Made by a program: the position numbers and the translations under genes | Shown here: positions 43,029 to 51,810 of the stretch, piece after piece | Layout: the number at the start of each line of letters is the position of its first letter | Numbering within the stretch: the stretch's first letter is position 1 | From: an uncultured bacterium | GTDB lineage: Bacteria > Babelota > Babeliae > Babelales > Babelaceae | Assembly (NCBI GenBank): GCA_963824495.1 | Contig: CAWGPQ010000008.1 | Location: 205,111-269,110, forward strand | Direction: 5' to 3' | DNA: 64,000 nucleotides | Notes under the pieces: model-generated | What the model saw: the letters and a program-made list of their open reading frames with translations, nothing else | What the model was told of the DNA's origin: nothing | Databases searched by the model: none

Positions 43029-43814
43029 ATGAATATGATATGGTATAGAAGTACACTATTTATACTGGTAGCTCTTGGTTTTGGGTTATTACAGGCACAA
43101 CAACCTCAAGAACAGAAACAAGCCTTAGGTGCCCCATCACAAGACACACAAGGCTTGATTGCACAAGCTAGTGATTATCTGAGCTCATGGTGGAAGACCA
43201 TTAGTCAACAAGCAGCTTCAGCCCAACAACGTCTTGGTGAATTGTGGCAATCAGCTCGTGAATCAACAATTTCATGGTTTAGTGCCAATGCAAGTTCTTT
43301 AAGAAATCAAGCAAATAATCTTTTAGACTTTTTGAGAGAAAACGTTTCAACGACCCTTAATTTTATAGAGGCAAGCCATGAAACAGGGTTTACTATTTCT
43401 CCAAGTCAATTGAGTAAAACAAGTCAGCAGCTAGAGTTATTGCGTGGCCAGGCATCAGCACTCGTTGCACAAGCATCTAAGCTTGTTAGCAAAGCAGCAC
43501 AAGCAATTGGCTTGCCCTTATCAGTTACTGTAGCCGTAGCTGCATCAAACCTTATTCCTGTAGCTGTTGCTTCACGCCAACTTTCTGCAGTTAATGCGGC
43601 GATTATCACAGCCTTTTACTGGGCAAGCACTAATGCCTACGAATTCATCAAAGAGCTACAAGAACAGGTGCTTAATGGAGGATTTTTCGATGAAGGACAC
43701 ATAAACACAGCTCTACGAGAAGCACAAAGACAATTACAGGAAGCAGAAAGTACCCTTTATACGTTAGAAAATATAGATAAATTAAGCCAGGCGTATAAAA
43801 CATCGGCTCTTTAA
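43029..43814 (+). CDS. Secreted Ala/Gln-rich helical protein
   Basis: AAGGAG SD, signal peptide, amphipathic helices and a central hydrophobic stretch. Confidence 0.6.
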   Translation: MNMIWYRSTLFILVALGFGLLQAQQPQEQKQALGAPSQDTQGLIAQASDYLSSWWKTISQQAASAQQRLGELWQSARESTISWFSANASSLRNQANNLLDFLRENVSTTLNFIEASHETGFTISPSQLSKTSQQLELLRGQASALVAQASKLVSKAAQAIGLPLSVTVAVAASNLIPVAVASRQLSAVNAAIITAFYWASTNAYEFIKELQEQVLNGGFFDEGHINTALREAQRQLQEAESTLYTLENIDKLSQAYKTSAL

Positions 43815-43899
43815 AGAAAAAGAACCTGCCTTAGAAATATTTAAAAATATATATCACATGTTATTTGACAAATATTACTAAGACTTTATTATAGAGTAC

Positions 43900-44655
43900 A
43901 TGAACTATGTACTCTATGGCTTAATTTTTCTCTCTTTAACCAGTATCTTGAGTATCAACTCAATCTCACATACTAGCTCATGTGCTCATGACAGTAGCCA
44001 AGAGCACGCACAAGCCGGCGCAGAAATCCAAGTCCAGCGCGAGTTGTGCGAGCAGCGTATTCGCACGCTGCTGCAAGGCATGCATGTTGCAAATTGGCAT
44101 ACCATACCACTAGAGATAACTCCAGGAAACACTCTCGATGTGCATGTACTTAGGGGACTAAGAGTAGGAACTGATTATTGCCTTATAAGACCTCTACGTG
44201 AAACCCGCGCTGCATTAGGTCATGAAATAATTCACTACCAAGAAAAGCATAATCTTATTATGATAGGGGCTGCCCTTCTGTTCGTGCTTATATTGTGCAT
44301 AATTGCTCAAAAATATTCACGCGTACTAGCAGGTTATGGATTAACCGGAAAGCGCCATTTAGTTATTATTGTGCTTTTTTCCGTACAATTTTATACATTA
44401 CTATCACGGCAGCTAGAAAAAAGAGCTGATCTTATAAGCGCAACGCGCTATAACTCTGCTCCTGAGCTTATAAAAATTTTAGAGGAAGCATATGTCCATG
44501 AACAAACTCTAAAAAGCTCTACTAACATTACGAGCACATTAAACAGGTACCTTGAAAATGTGCTCCAAGCACTCTTTATACATGATCACCCGTCGATTCA
44601 AGATCGTATAGATTATCTCAAGCCATTAGCAGAAAAGCAATACTATTCTACGTAA
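43900..44655 (+). CDS. M48-like zinc metalloprotease
   Basis: ALGHEIIH, two TM helices, LEKRAD and HPSIQDRI motifs. Confidence 0.8.
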   Translation: MNYVLYGLIFLSLTSILSINSISHTSSCAHDSSQEHAQAGAEIQVQRELCEQRIRTLLQGMHVANWHTIPLEITPGNTLDVHVLRGLRVGTDYCLIRPLRETRAALGHEIIHYQEKHNLIMIGAALLFVLILCIIAQKYSRVLAGYGLTGKRHLVIIVLFSVQFYTLLSRQLEKRADLISATRYNSAPELIKILEEAYVHEQTLKSSTNITSTLNRYLENVLQALFIHDHPSIQDRIDYLKPLAEKQYYST

Positions 44656-44793
44656 GGATCAACAGTGTACTACATAAAGAAACCTTTCAGTTCGCTTGGG
44701 CTTTATAGTTTATAAAACTCTGTAATTGAGCCCAAGACCAACGATGCAAACGGTAACGCATACGTTTTCCTACTTTAATTCGCTTAAGGATAT

Positions 44794-45105
44794 TTGTGGG
44801 GGAGCACATTTGCACAAGCTCCCATGCGTATGCGATGGCGAAATGCTTCTGATATACAGAATAAGCATTACCATCTTTACTGTCCTCACTACTACGCTAT
44901 TGCTGATTTTGATACTATTGACCCAGAGACACAGAAAGATATTATTATCATTCCTGTTGCTCAAGAAATTCCAGAAGCTTTCAGAAAACAGATTAAACCT
45001 TTTATTATATTTAATATTGAAACAATCGCAGCAACGGCAATTTCATCTCTAGCACTGCTGATTCTTTATATCACTAATCAATGTACCAATCAACGTACGT
45101 GCTAA
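44794..45105 (+). CDS. Hypothetical protein with C-terminal hydrophobic segment
   Basis: ORF only; start uncertain. Confidence 0.3.
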   Translation: MWGSTFAQAPMRMRWRNASDIQNKHYHLYCPHYYAIADFDTIDPETQKDIIIIPVAQEIPEAFRKQIKPFIIFNIETIAATAISSLALLILYITNQCTNQRTC

Positions 45106-45171
45106 GCCTATTTGCTTACGTATAAAAATATAGCGTGACGTGCTATTTTCAAGATCTGAATTAGCCATGAA

Positions 45172-46368
45172 TCACTCTATGCTACCTGCCAAGTGCAGCA
45201 AAGGCATGTAGAGAGCACCCATAAGAAGTGCTATGAGCAAGCCCAAAATAATAAGCATAAGCGGTTGGATAAGCTCAGTGACTTTACTTAAAAATTTATT
45301 CACACGCTCTCGATAGAATTCAGCTGCTTGGCCGAGCATGTGCGCAAGGGAGCCGGAAGCTTCGCCTACCTTGACAAGTGCTTCAAGCTCTGGCGAAGAA
45401 TGCATGAGATTATTACGTAGAGCCAATTCAAGAGAAAGACCTGCTTCTACATCAGTTTTTACGGCATGAAGCATGTTGCGTATAGGTTCATTTGCTACAA
45501 TAGTTCTTGCGCTTTCAAGAGCCTTAAGCAGATGAATATCGGCCCTGAGAAGAAGCGAAAGTGCATCAAGAAAAAACATTAAGGAGCTATCGTAGACAAA
45601 AAACCGGAATAGAGGTGTCTTGATGGCAAGTATCTGCCCATAGTATATTACTTTGGGTGATTTAACGATGCACGTAAGACTGTAGGCCGTACCAATCAAA
45701 ATTCCAAACGCACCTAACGCAGCATAACTCCTTAACCATCTACTAAAAGCAAAAATAGCCTGCGTTAGTGCTGGCAAAGAGTTACCTGAAGAAGATGAAC
45801 ATAGAGCTTCAAATCGAGGTACAACTGCATAAAACAACATGCCACTGATCAAAAGAAAAAAGCAGAGCGTAAGGCAGGGCACCAGTGATGCACTACGCAT
45901 CTTTTTAGCGAATAGCTCTTTGTGCTCGCAATACCTAGCTAAACGCTCAAGTGTAGCAGGAAGACATCCAGCATCTTCACCAGCTTGAATAATAGTACTC
46001 GTAAAAGAGCTAAAAAACTGGTCATGATATGCGCAGGCCTTACTCAGGGGAATACCCTCTTGAACAGCCTGGGCACTGTCTTCAATGACTGCTTTTACAT
46101 ATCGATGCGTAATGGTAGGCTGCACAATAAGCAATGCATCATACAAGCGAATGCCAGCATGTAATAATGTCGCCATATATCTAAAAAAAGAAGTTTGCGC
46201 ACGATTAATGCCAGAACGACTGAGTCCAGCCCGTAACGGTCGAGCTTGTAAAACCGCTATCTCTTGCTTAAGCAAAGTCGCTACGAGTACATCATAGGAG
46301 CGGGCAAACTGTTTGCCTTTGAAAATTTTTCCCGCAAGATCAATACCTGACCATGCAAAATAGGGCAT
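45172..46368 (-). CDS. Type II secretion system F / PilC family inner-membrane platform protein
   Basis: LLHAGI.L..AL, AGE..G.L..TL.RLA, VGE.SG.L..ML and QP..L...G...ALYMPL motifs. Confidence 0.9.
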   Translation of the reverse strand: MPYFAWSGIDLAGKIFKGKQFARSYDVLVATLLKQEIAVLQARPLRAGLSRSGINRAQTSFFRYMATLLHAGIRLYDALLIVQPTITHRYVKAVIEDSAQAVQEGIPLSKACAYHDQFFSSFTSTIIQAGEDAGCLPATLERLARYCEHKELFAKKMRSASLVPCLTLCFFLLISGMLFYAVVPRFEALCSSSSGNSLPALTQAIFAFSRWLRSYAALGAFGILIGTAYSLTCIVKSPKVIYYGQILAIKTPLFRFFVYDSSLMFFLDALSLLLRADIHLLKALESARTIVANEPIRNMLHAVKTDVEAGLSLELALRNNLMHSSPELEALVKVGEASGSLAHMLGQAAEFYRERVNKFLSKVTELIQPLMLIILGLLIALLMGALYMPLLHLAGSIE

Positions 46369-46405
46369 GACACACCTCTATTTTTTTCTTGCACTTTTTC
46401 TTGCA

Positions 46406-46693
46406 CTATAGATAACTTTTTTGGCTTTCAAGACCTAACAAATTCAAAAAATCTTGCTTAGTCATATCAGTTGCTATCTTGATTTTTTTTGCCCGTGATG
46501 TTGTACCCGTAAGTATAATTACGTCAGCTTGCCGGATGCGTAGCGTTTGGGCAAGCAATTTAATAAGCTCGCGATTAGCTTTTCCTTGCTCAGGAGGACT
46601 TTTTAGGTAACATTTTAGGGCTCCTGATGCATCAAGAAACCATTTCCCGTGCTGTGATCCAGGGATAACCTTAATATCAATAATTAATGGCAT
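46406..46693 (-). CDS. DUF167 (YggU/UPF0235) family protein
   Basis: IKVIPGS, SPPEQGKANRELIKLLA and GTTSRAK motifs; ATG at 46693. Confidence 0.88.
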   Translation of the reverse strand: MPLIIDIKVIPGSQHGKWFLDASGALKCYLKSPPEQGKANRELIKLLAQTLRIRQADVIILTGTTSRAKKIKIATDMTKQDFLNLLGLESQKSYL

Positions 46694-46797
46694 AACGACC
46701 TCAGACACAAGCTTATTTTTGCTTGCTTTTTCATGTTGCCTACTCAGCAAGAATAAGATATACTAATGAGTATTGAAAGCCAATAAAAGACCTATTT

Positions 46798-46888
46798 GGA
46801 GAGATGGCTGAGTGGTCTAAAGCGCTTGCCTGCTAAGCAAGAGTTCCGGTAACGGGGCGCGGGGGTTCGAATCCCCCTCTCTCCACCA
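46798..46888 (+). tRNA. tRNA-Ser(GCT)
   Basis: CTTGC-CTGCTAA-GCAAG; long variable arm; ACCA end. Confidence 0.94.
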
Positions 46889-46893
46889 TACAA

Positions 46894-46960
46894 AGCTGTC
46901 TGCCGAAGCCCCTTATTTCGTAGCTACAAAGTAGCGAAGGAGGATGGCGTAGGCTGGACT
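46894..46960 (+). repeat. Composite REP-like palindrome 3' of tRNA-Ser(GCT)
   Basis: AGCTGTCTGCCGAAGCC...CGTAGCTACAAAGTAGCGAAG...GGCGTAGGCTGGACT; homologous to 48012-48080. Confidence 0.65.
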
Positions 46961-47008
46961 TAACTATACAGCTTATTCACTAAAGCTTTGTGAAGAGCTT
47001 ATTTATCC

Positions 47009-47085
47009 GCGCCCATAGCTCAATTGGATAGAGCGTCAGACTACGGATCTGAAGGTTGGGGGTTCGACTCCTCCTGGGCGCACCA
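47009..47085 (+). tRNA. tRNA-Arg(ACG)
   Basis: TCAGA-CTACGGA-TCTGA; CCA encoded. Confidence 0.95.
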
Positions 47086-47108
47086 TACGAAGCCTTGGCC
47101 AAGTATGG
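47083..47108 (+). repeat. REP-like hairpin abutting tRNA-Arg CCA
   Basis: CCATACGAAGCCTTGGCCAAGTATGG. Confidence 0.55.
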
Positions 47109-47169
47109 CCATACTTGGCAATCTTTTTCGTCAAAACCACGAAGATCGTAAAGGCTTCATCAAAATAGA

Positions 47170-47688
47170 GTGAAAGTTTCTATGACTGAACGTGCTTCTT
47201 ATAATCATCAATCTTTTATCAAAAAAATAAGTACAACAAAAATGCTCCTCCGCTATAGCCTCATTTTTATCTTGTTTTTTGTAATGACCTATTGTGCATC
47301 TGGTAATTTCTTATGGGCTGGACTTTGGGGTGCTCTTGTATGCATAATCCCTTTCTTAATTATACGGATCAGGTTTGATTTTGATAAACCTTGGATAACA
47401 ATAAATCATAACGGCTTGTTTCTACAAAGCTTTGGATTTATTCCCTGGGACCAGGTTGTTGAAATTCGCATCAAAAGATATCTGCTCAATCCCTGGGCAT
47501 ATAATCTTGAAGCCCTTACCCAATGGCCAGAAAGCACAGTACCCGGTGCAAAAGCTCTGCTACCATTATTACCTTATAGAGTAGTACCTATTGCACAATC
47601 TGGCTTTCACGGACTTAACTGCTCATTAGAAGATATTACGCATGCACTAAAAAAACATGCTCCTCCACACGTCAAACTTTCTCTATAA
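47170..47688 (+). CDS. Two-TM membrane protein with PH-like C-terminal domain
   Basis: Two TM helices followed by ITINHNGL..FIPWDQVVEI. Confidence 0.55.
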   Translation: MKVSMTERASYNHQSFIKKISTTKMLLRYSLIFILFFVMTYCASGNFLWAGLWGALVCIIPFLIIRIRFDFDKPWITINHNGLFLQSFGFIPWDQVVEIRIKRYLLNPWAYNLEALTQWPESTVPGAKALLPLLPYRVVPIAQSGFHGLNCSLEDITHALKKHAPPHVKLSL

Positions 47689-47813
47689 TCCGAGCCGCTG
47701 AAAAGCCATCCCAGGGTATGGGTTACTCTGCAATCTAAAAGCCCAATTTTGCTTGAAGTACCTACAAAAAGCCTGTAAACTATAGATATATTCTTTTATA
47801 TCTTGTCTTTAAT

Positions 47814-47905
47814 GGAGAGATGGCTGAGCGGCCGAAGGCGGCGGTCTTGAAAACCGTTATCTCGAGCGATCGGGATCGTGGGTTCGAATCCCACTCTCTC
47901 CTCCA
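47814..47905 (+). tRNA. tRNA-Ser(TGA)
   Basis: GCGGT-CTTGAAA-ACCGT; long variable arm; TCCA end. Confidence 0.94.
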
Positions 47906-47915
47906 GCTTTCGCTT

Positions 47916-47940
47916 CATCCTTCGCTAAAGCTACGGAGGA
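47916..47940 (+). repeat. REP-like hairpin 3' of tRNA-Ser(TGA)
   Basis: CATCCTTCGCTAAAGCTACGGAGGA. Confidence 0.7.
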
Positions 47941-48011
47941 CAAGAAAGCCAGCGGGAACAAGAAGAGGCTACAGCCGGCATACCAGCTTATATATTGATA
48001 GAATAGACGAA

Positions 48012-48080
48012 AGCTGTCCGCCGCTAAGTCCGACGTAACCACAAAGTAGCAGAGGAGTATGGCGTAGGCCGGACTGACAC
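48012..48080 (+). repeat. Composite REP-like palindrome
   Basis: AGCTGTCCGCCG...ACAAAGTAGC...ATGGCGTAGGCCGGACTGACAC. Confidence 0.6.
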
Positions 48081-48252
48081 ACCGATACCTGCTCAATCTC
48101 AGTTACCTCCACCTCAACAAACATCAAGCACGATTTCTATATATTTCTATTTTTTTTATTGCAAATCGAATAAATTATTTATTAAACTAAGATTAGATAC
48201 TATAAAACTTTTTGTTACTTTCAACTATTTTTAAGGGAATTTAGGGAATTTT

Positions 48253-49293
48253 ATGAATAAGATACCACAAACAATATCAATTATAGTAATGCTAGTTTTA
48301 ATAAGCATTTCCTCATCTATTATAGGAAATAAGACCACTAAACTTATTACTTTGCCCAATATTGTCGGTGTCACAACTCGAACATTTGAAGATAAGCAGC
48401 GCAATAACCGCCCTCTTATAACTGAAATTTGGTATCCCGCAGGTAATAGTGCTAAAGGAAAAGATGTTAGTAATTGGTGGATTCAAACACCTCAGGCTCG
48501 TGATGCTGATGTACCTAAATCTCCCAAAAATTTTCCCTTGATCCTATTTTCTCACGGTTATGCCGATGATCGCTTTACTAGCTCTTGGTTTGCTGAAACC
48601 CTAGCAGCACATGGCTACATTGTCGCTACAATTGACCATTATGGCAATACCGGTCATCAAATTGATGAGCTAGCAGCACAATCTTGGCTTCGTCCTCAAG
48701 ATCTGAGTTTTGTTCTTACTCAATTACTTAACGATCCTACATTTGGTCCAAGAATCGATAAAAAACGTATTGGTGCTGCTGGCTTTTCTCTTGGTGGCAT
48801 TACTGCCCTCTGGTTAGCAGGCGCTCAGGCAAATTTTAAGAATGTCGAATCAGATTTATCAACAGCTCTGCCTTCCGGCCTCTCTCCGGCTTTTTATAAG
48901 TCTGTAGATTACAAATTAGCTAATAGCTCATTTAAAGACAACCGAATACGGGCTATTTTTATAATGAACCCAGGATTTGGGGGAATCAATTCAATCTTTG
49001 ACAAAAAGGGCCTTGCAAAAATCTCGATTCCAGTTTACATCATAGCTGGAGCGGGAGACAAAATTACCCCGGTAACATATAATGCAAAGCGTTTTGCCCT
49101 CAGTATTCCTCATGCTACATTGCGCATTTTACCAGGCTATGCTGATCATTACGTCTTTGAAAATAGATGTACCTTACTGGGTACTAGAATGAGGCCTCAT
49201 ATGTGTTATGATCACCCAACCATCAATCGTAAGAAAATCCATCGTGAAACAGCAGGTATAGCAATTAAATTTTTTAATAACAACTTAAAATAG
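48253..49293 (+). CDS. Secreted alpha/beta hydrolase (dienelactone hydrolase / PAF-AH-like)
   Basis: EIWYPA, PLILFSHG, nucleophile elbow GFSLGG, Asp in GAGDKI and His in ADHYVF. Confidence 0.85.
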   Translation: MNKIPQTISIIVMLVLISISSSIIGNKTTKLITLPNIVGVTTRTFEDKQRNNRPLITEIWYPAGNSAKGKDVSNWWIQTPQARDADVPKSPKNFPLILFSHGYADDRFTSSWFAETLAAHGYIVATIDHYGNTGHQIDELAAQSWLRPQDLSFVLTQLLNDPTFGPRIDKKRIGAAGFSLGGITALWLAGAQANFKNVESDLSTALPSGLSPAFYKSVDYKLANSSFKDNRIRAIFIMNPGFGGINSIFDKKGLAKISIPVYIIAGAGDKITPVTYNAKRFALSIPHATLRILPGYADHYVFENRCTLLGTRMRPHMCYDHPTINRKKIHRETAGIAIKFFNNNLK

Positions 49294-49304
49294 GCAATAA
49301 CACT

Positions 49305-49337
49305 AAAACCCTCATCTCAAGCGATCGGGATCTTGGG
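49305..49337 (+). repeat. Degenerate direct repeat of tRNA-Ser(TGA) internal segment
   Basis: 29/33 identity with 47850-47882. Confidence 0.7.
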
Positions 49338-49502
49338 GAAGATAGCACAGGCTGCTCCGCTGTCTGTACATCAATAGATATTAAAGATCGGATTTTTTAT
49401 AAATTTATATAGTTTTTTATTGCAATCTGAATAAATTATATGGTACATTAAGACTGGGGTTGTACTATCTTTTTATTACTTTTTAACTATAAAGGAGAGT
49501 GT

Positions 49503-49940
49503 ATGAATAACATACTAAAAATATTATCAATTGTAGCCCTAGGTAGCCTTTTGGGCTTTGTCCCCAGCACTCAAGCCGAGGATTATATAGTATCAAACAA
49601 TATGGGTGAAGATAGAAATGTTAGCCTTATCCGTAATTGTGGAGGTAAAAATATCTTATCATCGTTACTAGTTAAAGGTGGCGAACAAAATCACAAATTT
49701 TCAACCACTGAGGGAGGGGCAAATTGTTGTCTAGGTGGCATTGCGCTCAATGATCCTGGTTGGACACCGCCAACAATTACATCAGCTATAAAGGTAGAAA
49801 TGCTTGCCTTAGCACCAAGCGAAGCGTGGGAATGTGATGGCGGATGCGGCAATACCAATATAACTATACGTGAAGATGGTACTATTACAGCAGAAGTAAC
49901 CTGTTTTAGCCAAGGGTATATTGGAGATAGGATTGAGTAG
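49503..49940 (+). CDS. Small secreted Cys-rich protein (paralog 1)
   Basis: AAGGAG SD; signal peptide ending TQA; six Cys: RNC..CC..CDGGC..TC. Confidence 0.75.
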   Translation: MNNILKILSIVALGSLLGFVPSTQAEDYIVSNNMGEDRNVSLIRNCGGKNILSSLLVKGGEQNHKFSTTEGGANCCLGGIALNDPGWTPPTITSAIKVEMLALAPSEAWECDGGCGNTNITIREDGTITAEVTCFSQGYIGDRIE

Positions 49941-49989
49941 TCCTAAGAAAAGCCACAGCTTTAAAATAAAATTTAAACAAGGAAATCTT

Positions 49990-50388
49990 ATGAATAAGTT
50001 AATTAAAATATTACCAATTATAGCAACAAGTAGTCTTTTGGGCTTTATCCTTAACACTCAGGCCGAGAATTATATACTATCAAATAATATGGGCGAAGAT
50101 CTATCCATTCAATTATTTCGAACTTGTAACGGTCAAACCAAAGGATCATCGGTACTGGTTAAAGCTGGTGAACAAAATCATAAATTTTCGGCTCCCCAAG
50201 AAAGAGCACGTTGTTGTCTGTCCAATATTGTTGCAAATTCCCTTCCTATAGCCCCAAATTGGACATGCGGAGGTAGCTGTGGAAGCACAACCAACATTAC
50301 TGCAAGTAGCAATGGTACCATTACACTAGAACCAACTTGTATACTAAGCTTCTCAAAGCCAACCACGATACAGCTATCACCTCCATAA
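49990..50388 (+). CDS. Small secreted Cys-rich protein (paralog 2)
   Basis: Shares SNNMGED, GEQNHKFS and all six Cys with 49503; ATG at 49990. Confidence 0.75.
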   Translation: MNKLIKILPIIATSSLLGFILNTQAENYILSNNMGEDLSIQLFRTCNGQTKGSSVLVKAGEQNHKFSAPQERARCCLSNIVANSLPIAPNWTCGGSCGSTTNITASSNGTITLEPTCILSFSKPTTIQLSPP

Positions 50389-50442
50389 CTTATAATGCTA
50401 AAACGGTACGATTAGAGCATAACCTACGGGTTAGCAGTTTCT

Positions 50443-50477
50443 AACTATACCAGGCTTAAAGCCTGGTATAGTTTTTT
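50443..50477. terminator. Intrinsic terminator between convergent genes
   Basis: AACTATACCAGGCTT-A-AAGCCTGGTATAGTT followed by a T run. Confidence 0.75.
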
Positions 50478-50503
50478 AACATGTTCTTAAGATATTAGGC
50501 AGC

Positions 50504-50977
50504 TTAATATGAGAACAAGCGTCCGTGTGACAACAGGCTAAATCGGGTTTCTTCAGCATAGAGAGCACTTTGTTCGATAATGGCTTGCATTTTTTCAAGT
50601 TTATCACAAAGGCTTTTTATATCATGATATATAGGTTGGCCAGTAAATACATGGCGCTCAAGCTGATAAGCCGAGAGAGCCAGTTTTTTACTATCAGAGA
50701 CAATCCAAGCATGAGCTCTGAGCAAAGGGGTCGCATGTACAACTTTACTTCCCTTAAATATGGTCTCTGTCCATGTCATATCAATCTTACTTCCAACTAC
50801 ACGTGCTTTTTCTATAAGCATGTTTTCATCTGCAGCTAATAAATCTGCATAGCGATTCAGCGTAAGCTGATAATTATCATAAGCACTGCTAACGTGATCT
50901 TCCGGCACCGATGTACGAAAGCAGGAACTTAACGTTACGAGCAAGATCATCATAGTAAAAAACAGAGAGCATTTCAT
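50504..50977 (-). CDS. Lipoprotein (paralog of 51013)
   Basis: Lipobox LSSC; PLLRA...SD...QLER...P.Y...S..Y.EE..F shared with the neighbouring gene. Confidence 0.65.
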   Translation of the reverse strand: MKCSLFFTMMILLVTLSSCFRTSVPEDHVSSAYDNYQLTLNRYADLLAADENMLIEKARVVGSKIDMTWTETIFKGSKVVHATPLLRAHAWIVSDSKKLALSAYQLERHVFTGQPIYHDIKSLCDKLEKMQAIIEQSALYAEETRFSLLSHGRLFSY

Positions 50978-51012
50978 TGATATTACCAGTGCTAAAAATC
51001 TCAACTAAAAAC

Positions 51013-51678
51013 TTAATGATAAATATGTATTTCTTTTTTAACCCTAATAGGTTTTTCTATGACCCGCTCTATAACGCGTTCTTCAACATAAGTGGGCTTT
51101 TGTGCTATGTCTTCTAATAAGCTTGTTTGCTTCTGCTGCTCATAGAGCTGATTTTTTTGTACACGCTGTTGTTCAATAAACTGCGCTTCTTCGATAAAAG
51201 CCTTACTTGCTTGTACTATACGCTTTATAGAATATAATTGACGCCTGAGCACGTTAATCTGCTCATAAACTGGCTTACGGTCGAGCAATCGTCGCTCAAG
51301 TTGACGCGTATGGTGCTCAAGTTGATCGATATCGCTTTCTATAAAATATATGGCTCGGTGAAGCGGGGTACCGCGTGAAGTAGTTAAATGATCGTTACCT
51401 ACAAATGATTGCCAAAGAGACGAACCAAATGATAATCGATTATCAGCACCAATTAAGCGTATGGTATCAATAACGGCAGCTTCGTCACATACATCTTCAA
51501 GCTCTTCATAGCGAGCAAGAATATGACGATAACTATCTATAGCCGAACCAAGTATATCTTCATCAGACTGCTGAAAACCACAACTGCTTGTAAGTATGAG
51601 TAAGCTCAACATACTGCTACCCGATAATAATTGTGATGATAATTGCGATGATAAGCATGACAATATGGAATTTTTCAT
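51013..51678 (-). CDS. Lipoprotein, helical/coiled-coil
   Basis: Lipobox-like TSSC; paralogous to 50504. Confidence 0.65.
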   Translation of the reverse strand: MKNSILSCLSSQLSSQLLSGSSMLSLLILTSSCGFQQSDEDILGSAIDSYRHILARYEELEDVCDEAAVIDTIRLIGADNRLSFGSSLWQSFVGNDHLTTSRGTPLHRAIYFIESDIDQLEHHTRQLERRLLDRKPVYEQINVLRRQLYSIKRIVQASKAFIEEAQFIEQQRVQKNQLYEQQKQTSLLEDIAQKPTYVEERVIERVIEKPIRVKKEIHIYH

Positions 51679-51810
51679 GGAGAGCTCACGTATATAAGCA
51701 GGTTTATCATATTACTTATAATGTATCAGATCGAAAATATTAAGCAATAGTGTACTAAAAAAAGAGGAGCACATGCTCCCCCTCGACAAACTAGTTTGTC
51801 CACCGTGAAC

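Noticed and set aside
44726..45052. 108-aa ORF overlapping 44794-45105
   Set aside because: TTG start, no SD and no recognisable motif; I cannot decide which frame, if either, is real.
46890..48080. CRISPR array
   Set aside because: The repeats are degenerate, irregularly spaced and tRNA-linked, and no cas genes are present.
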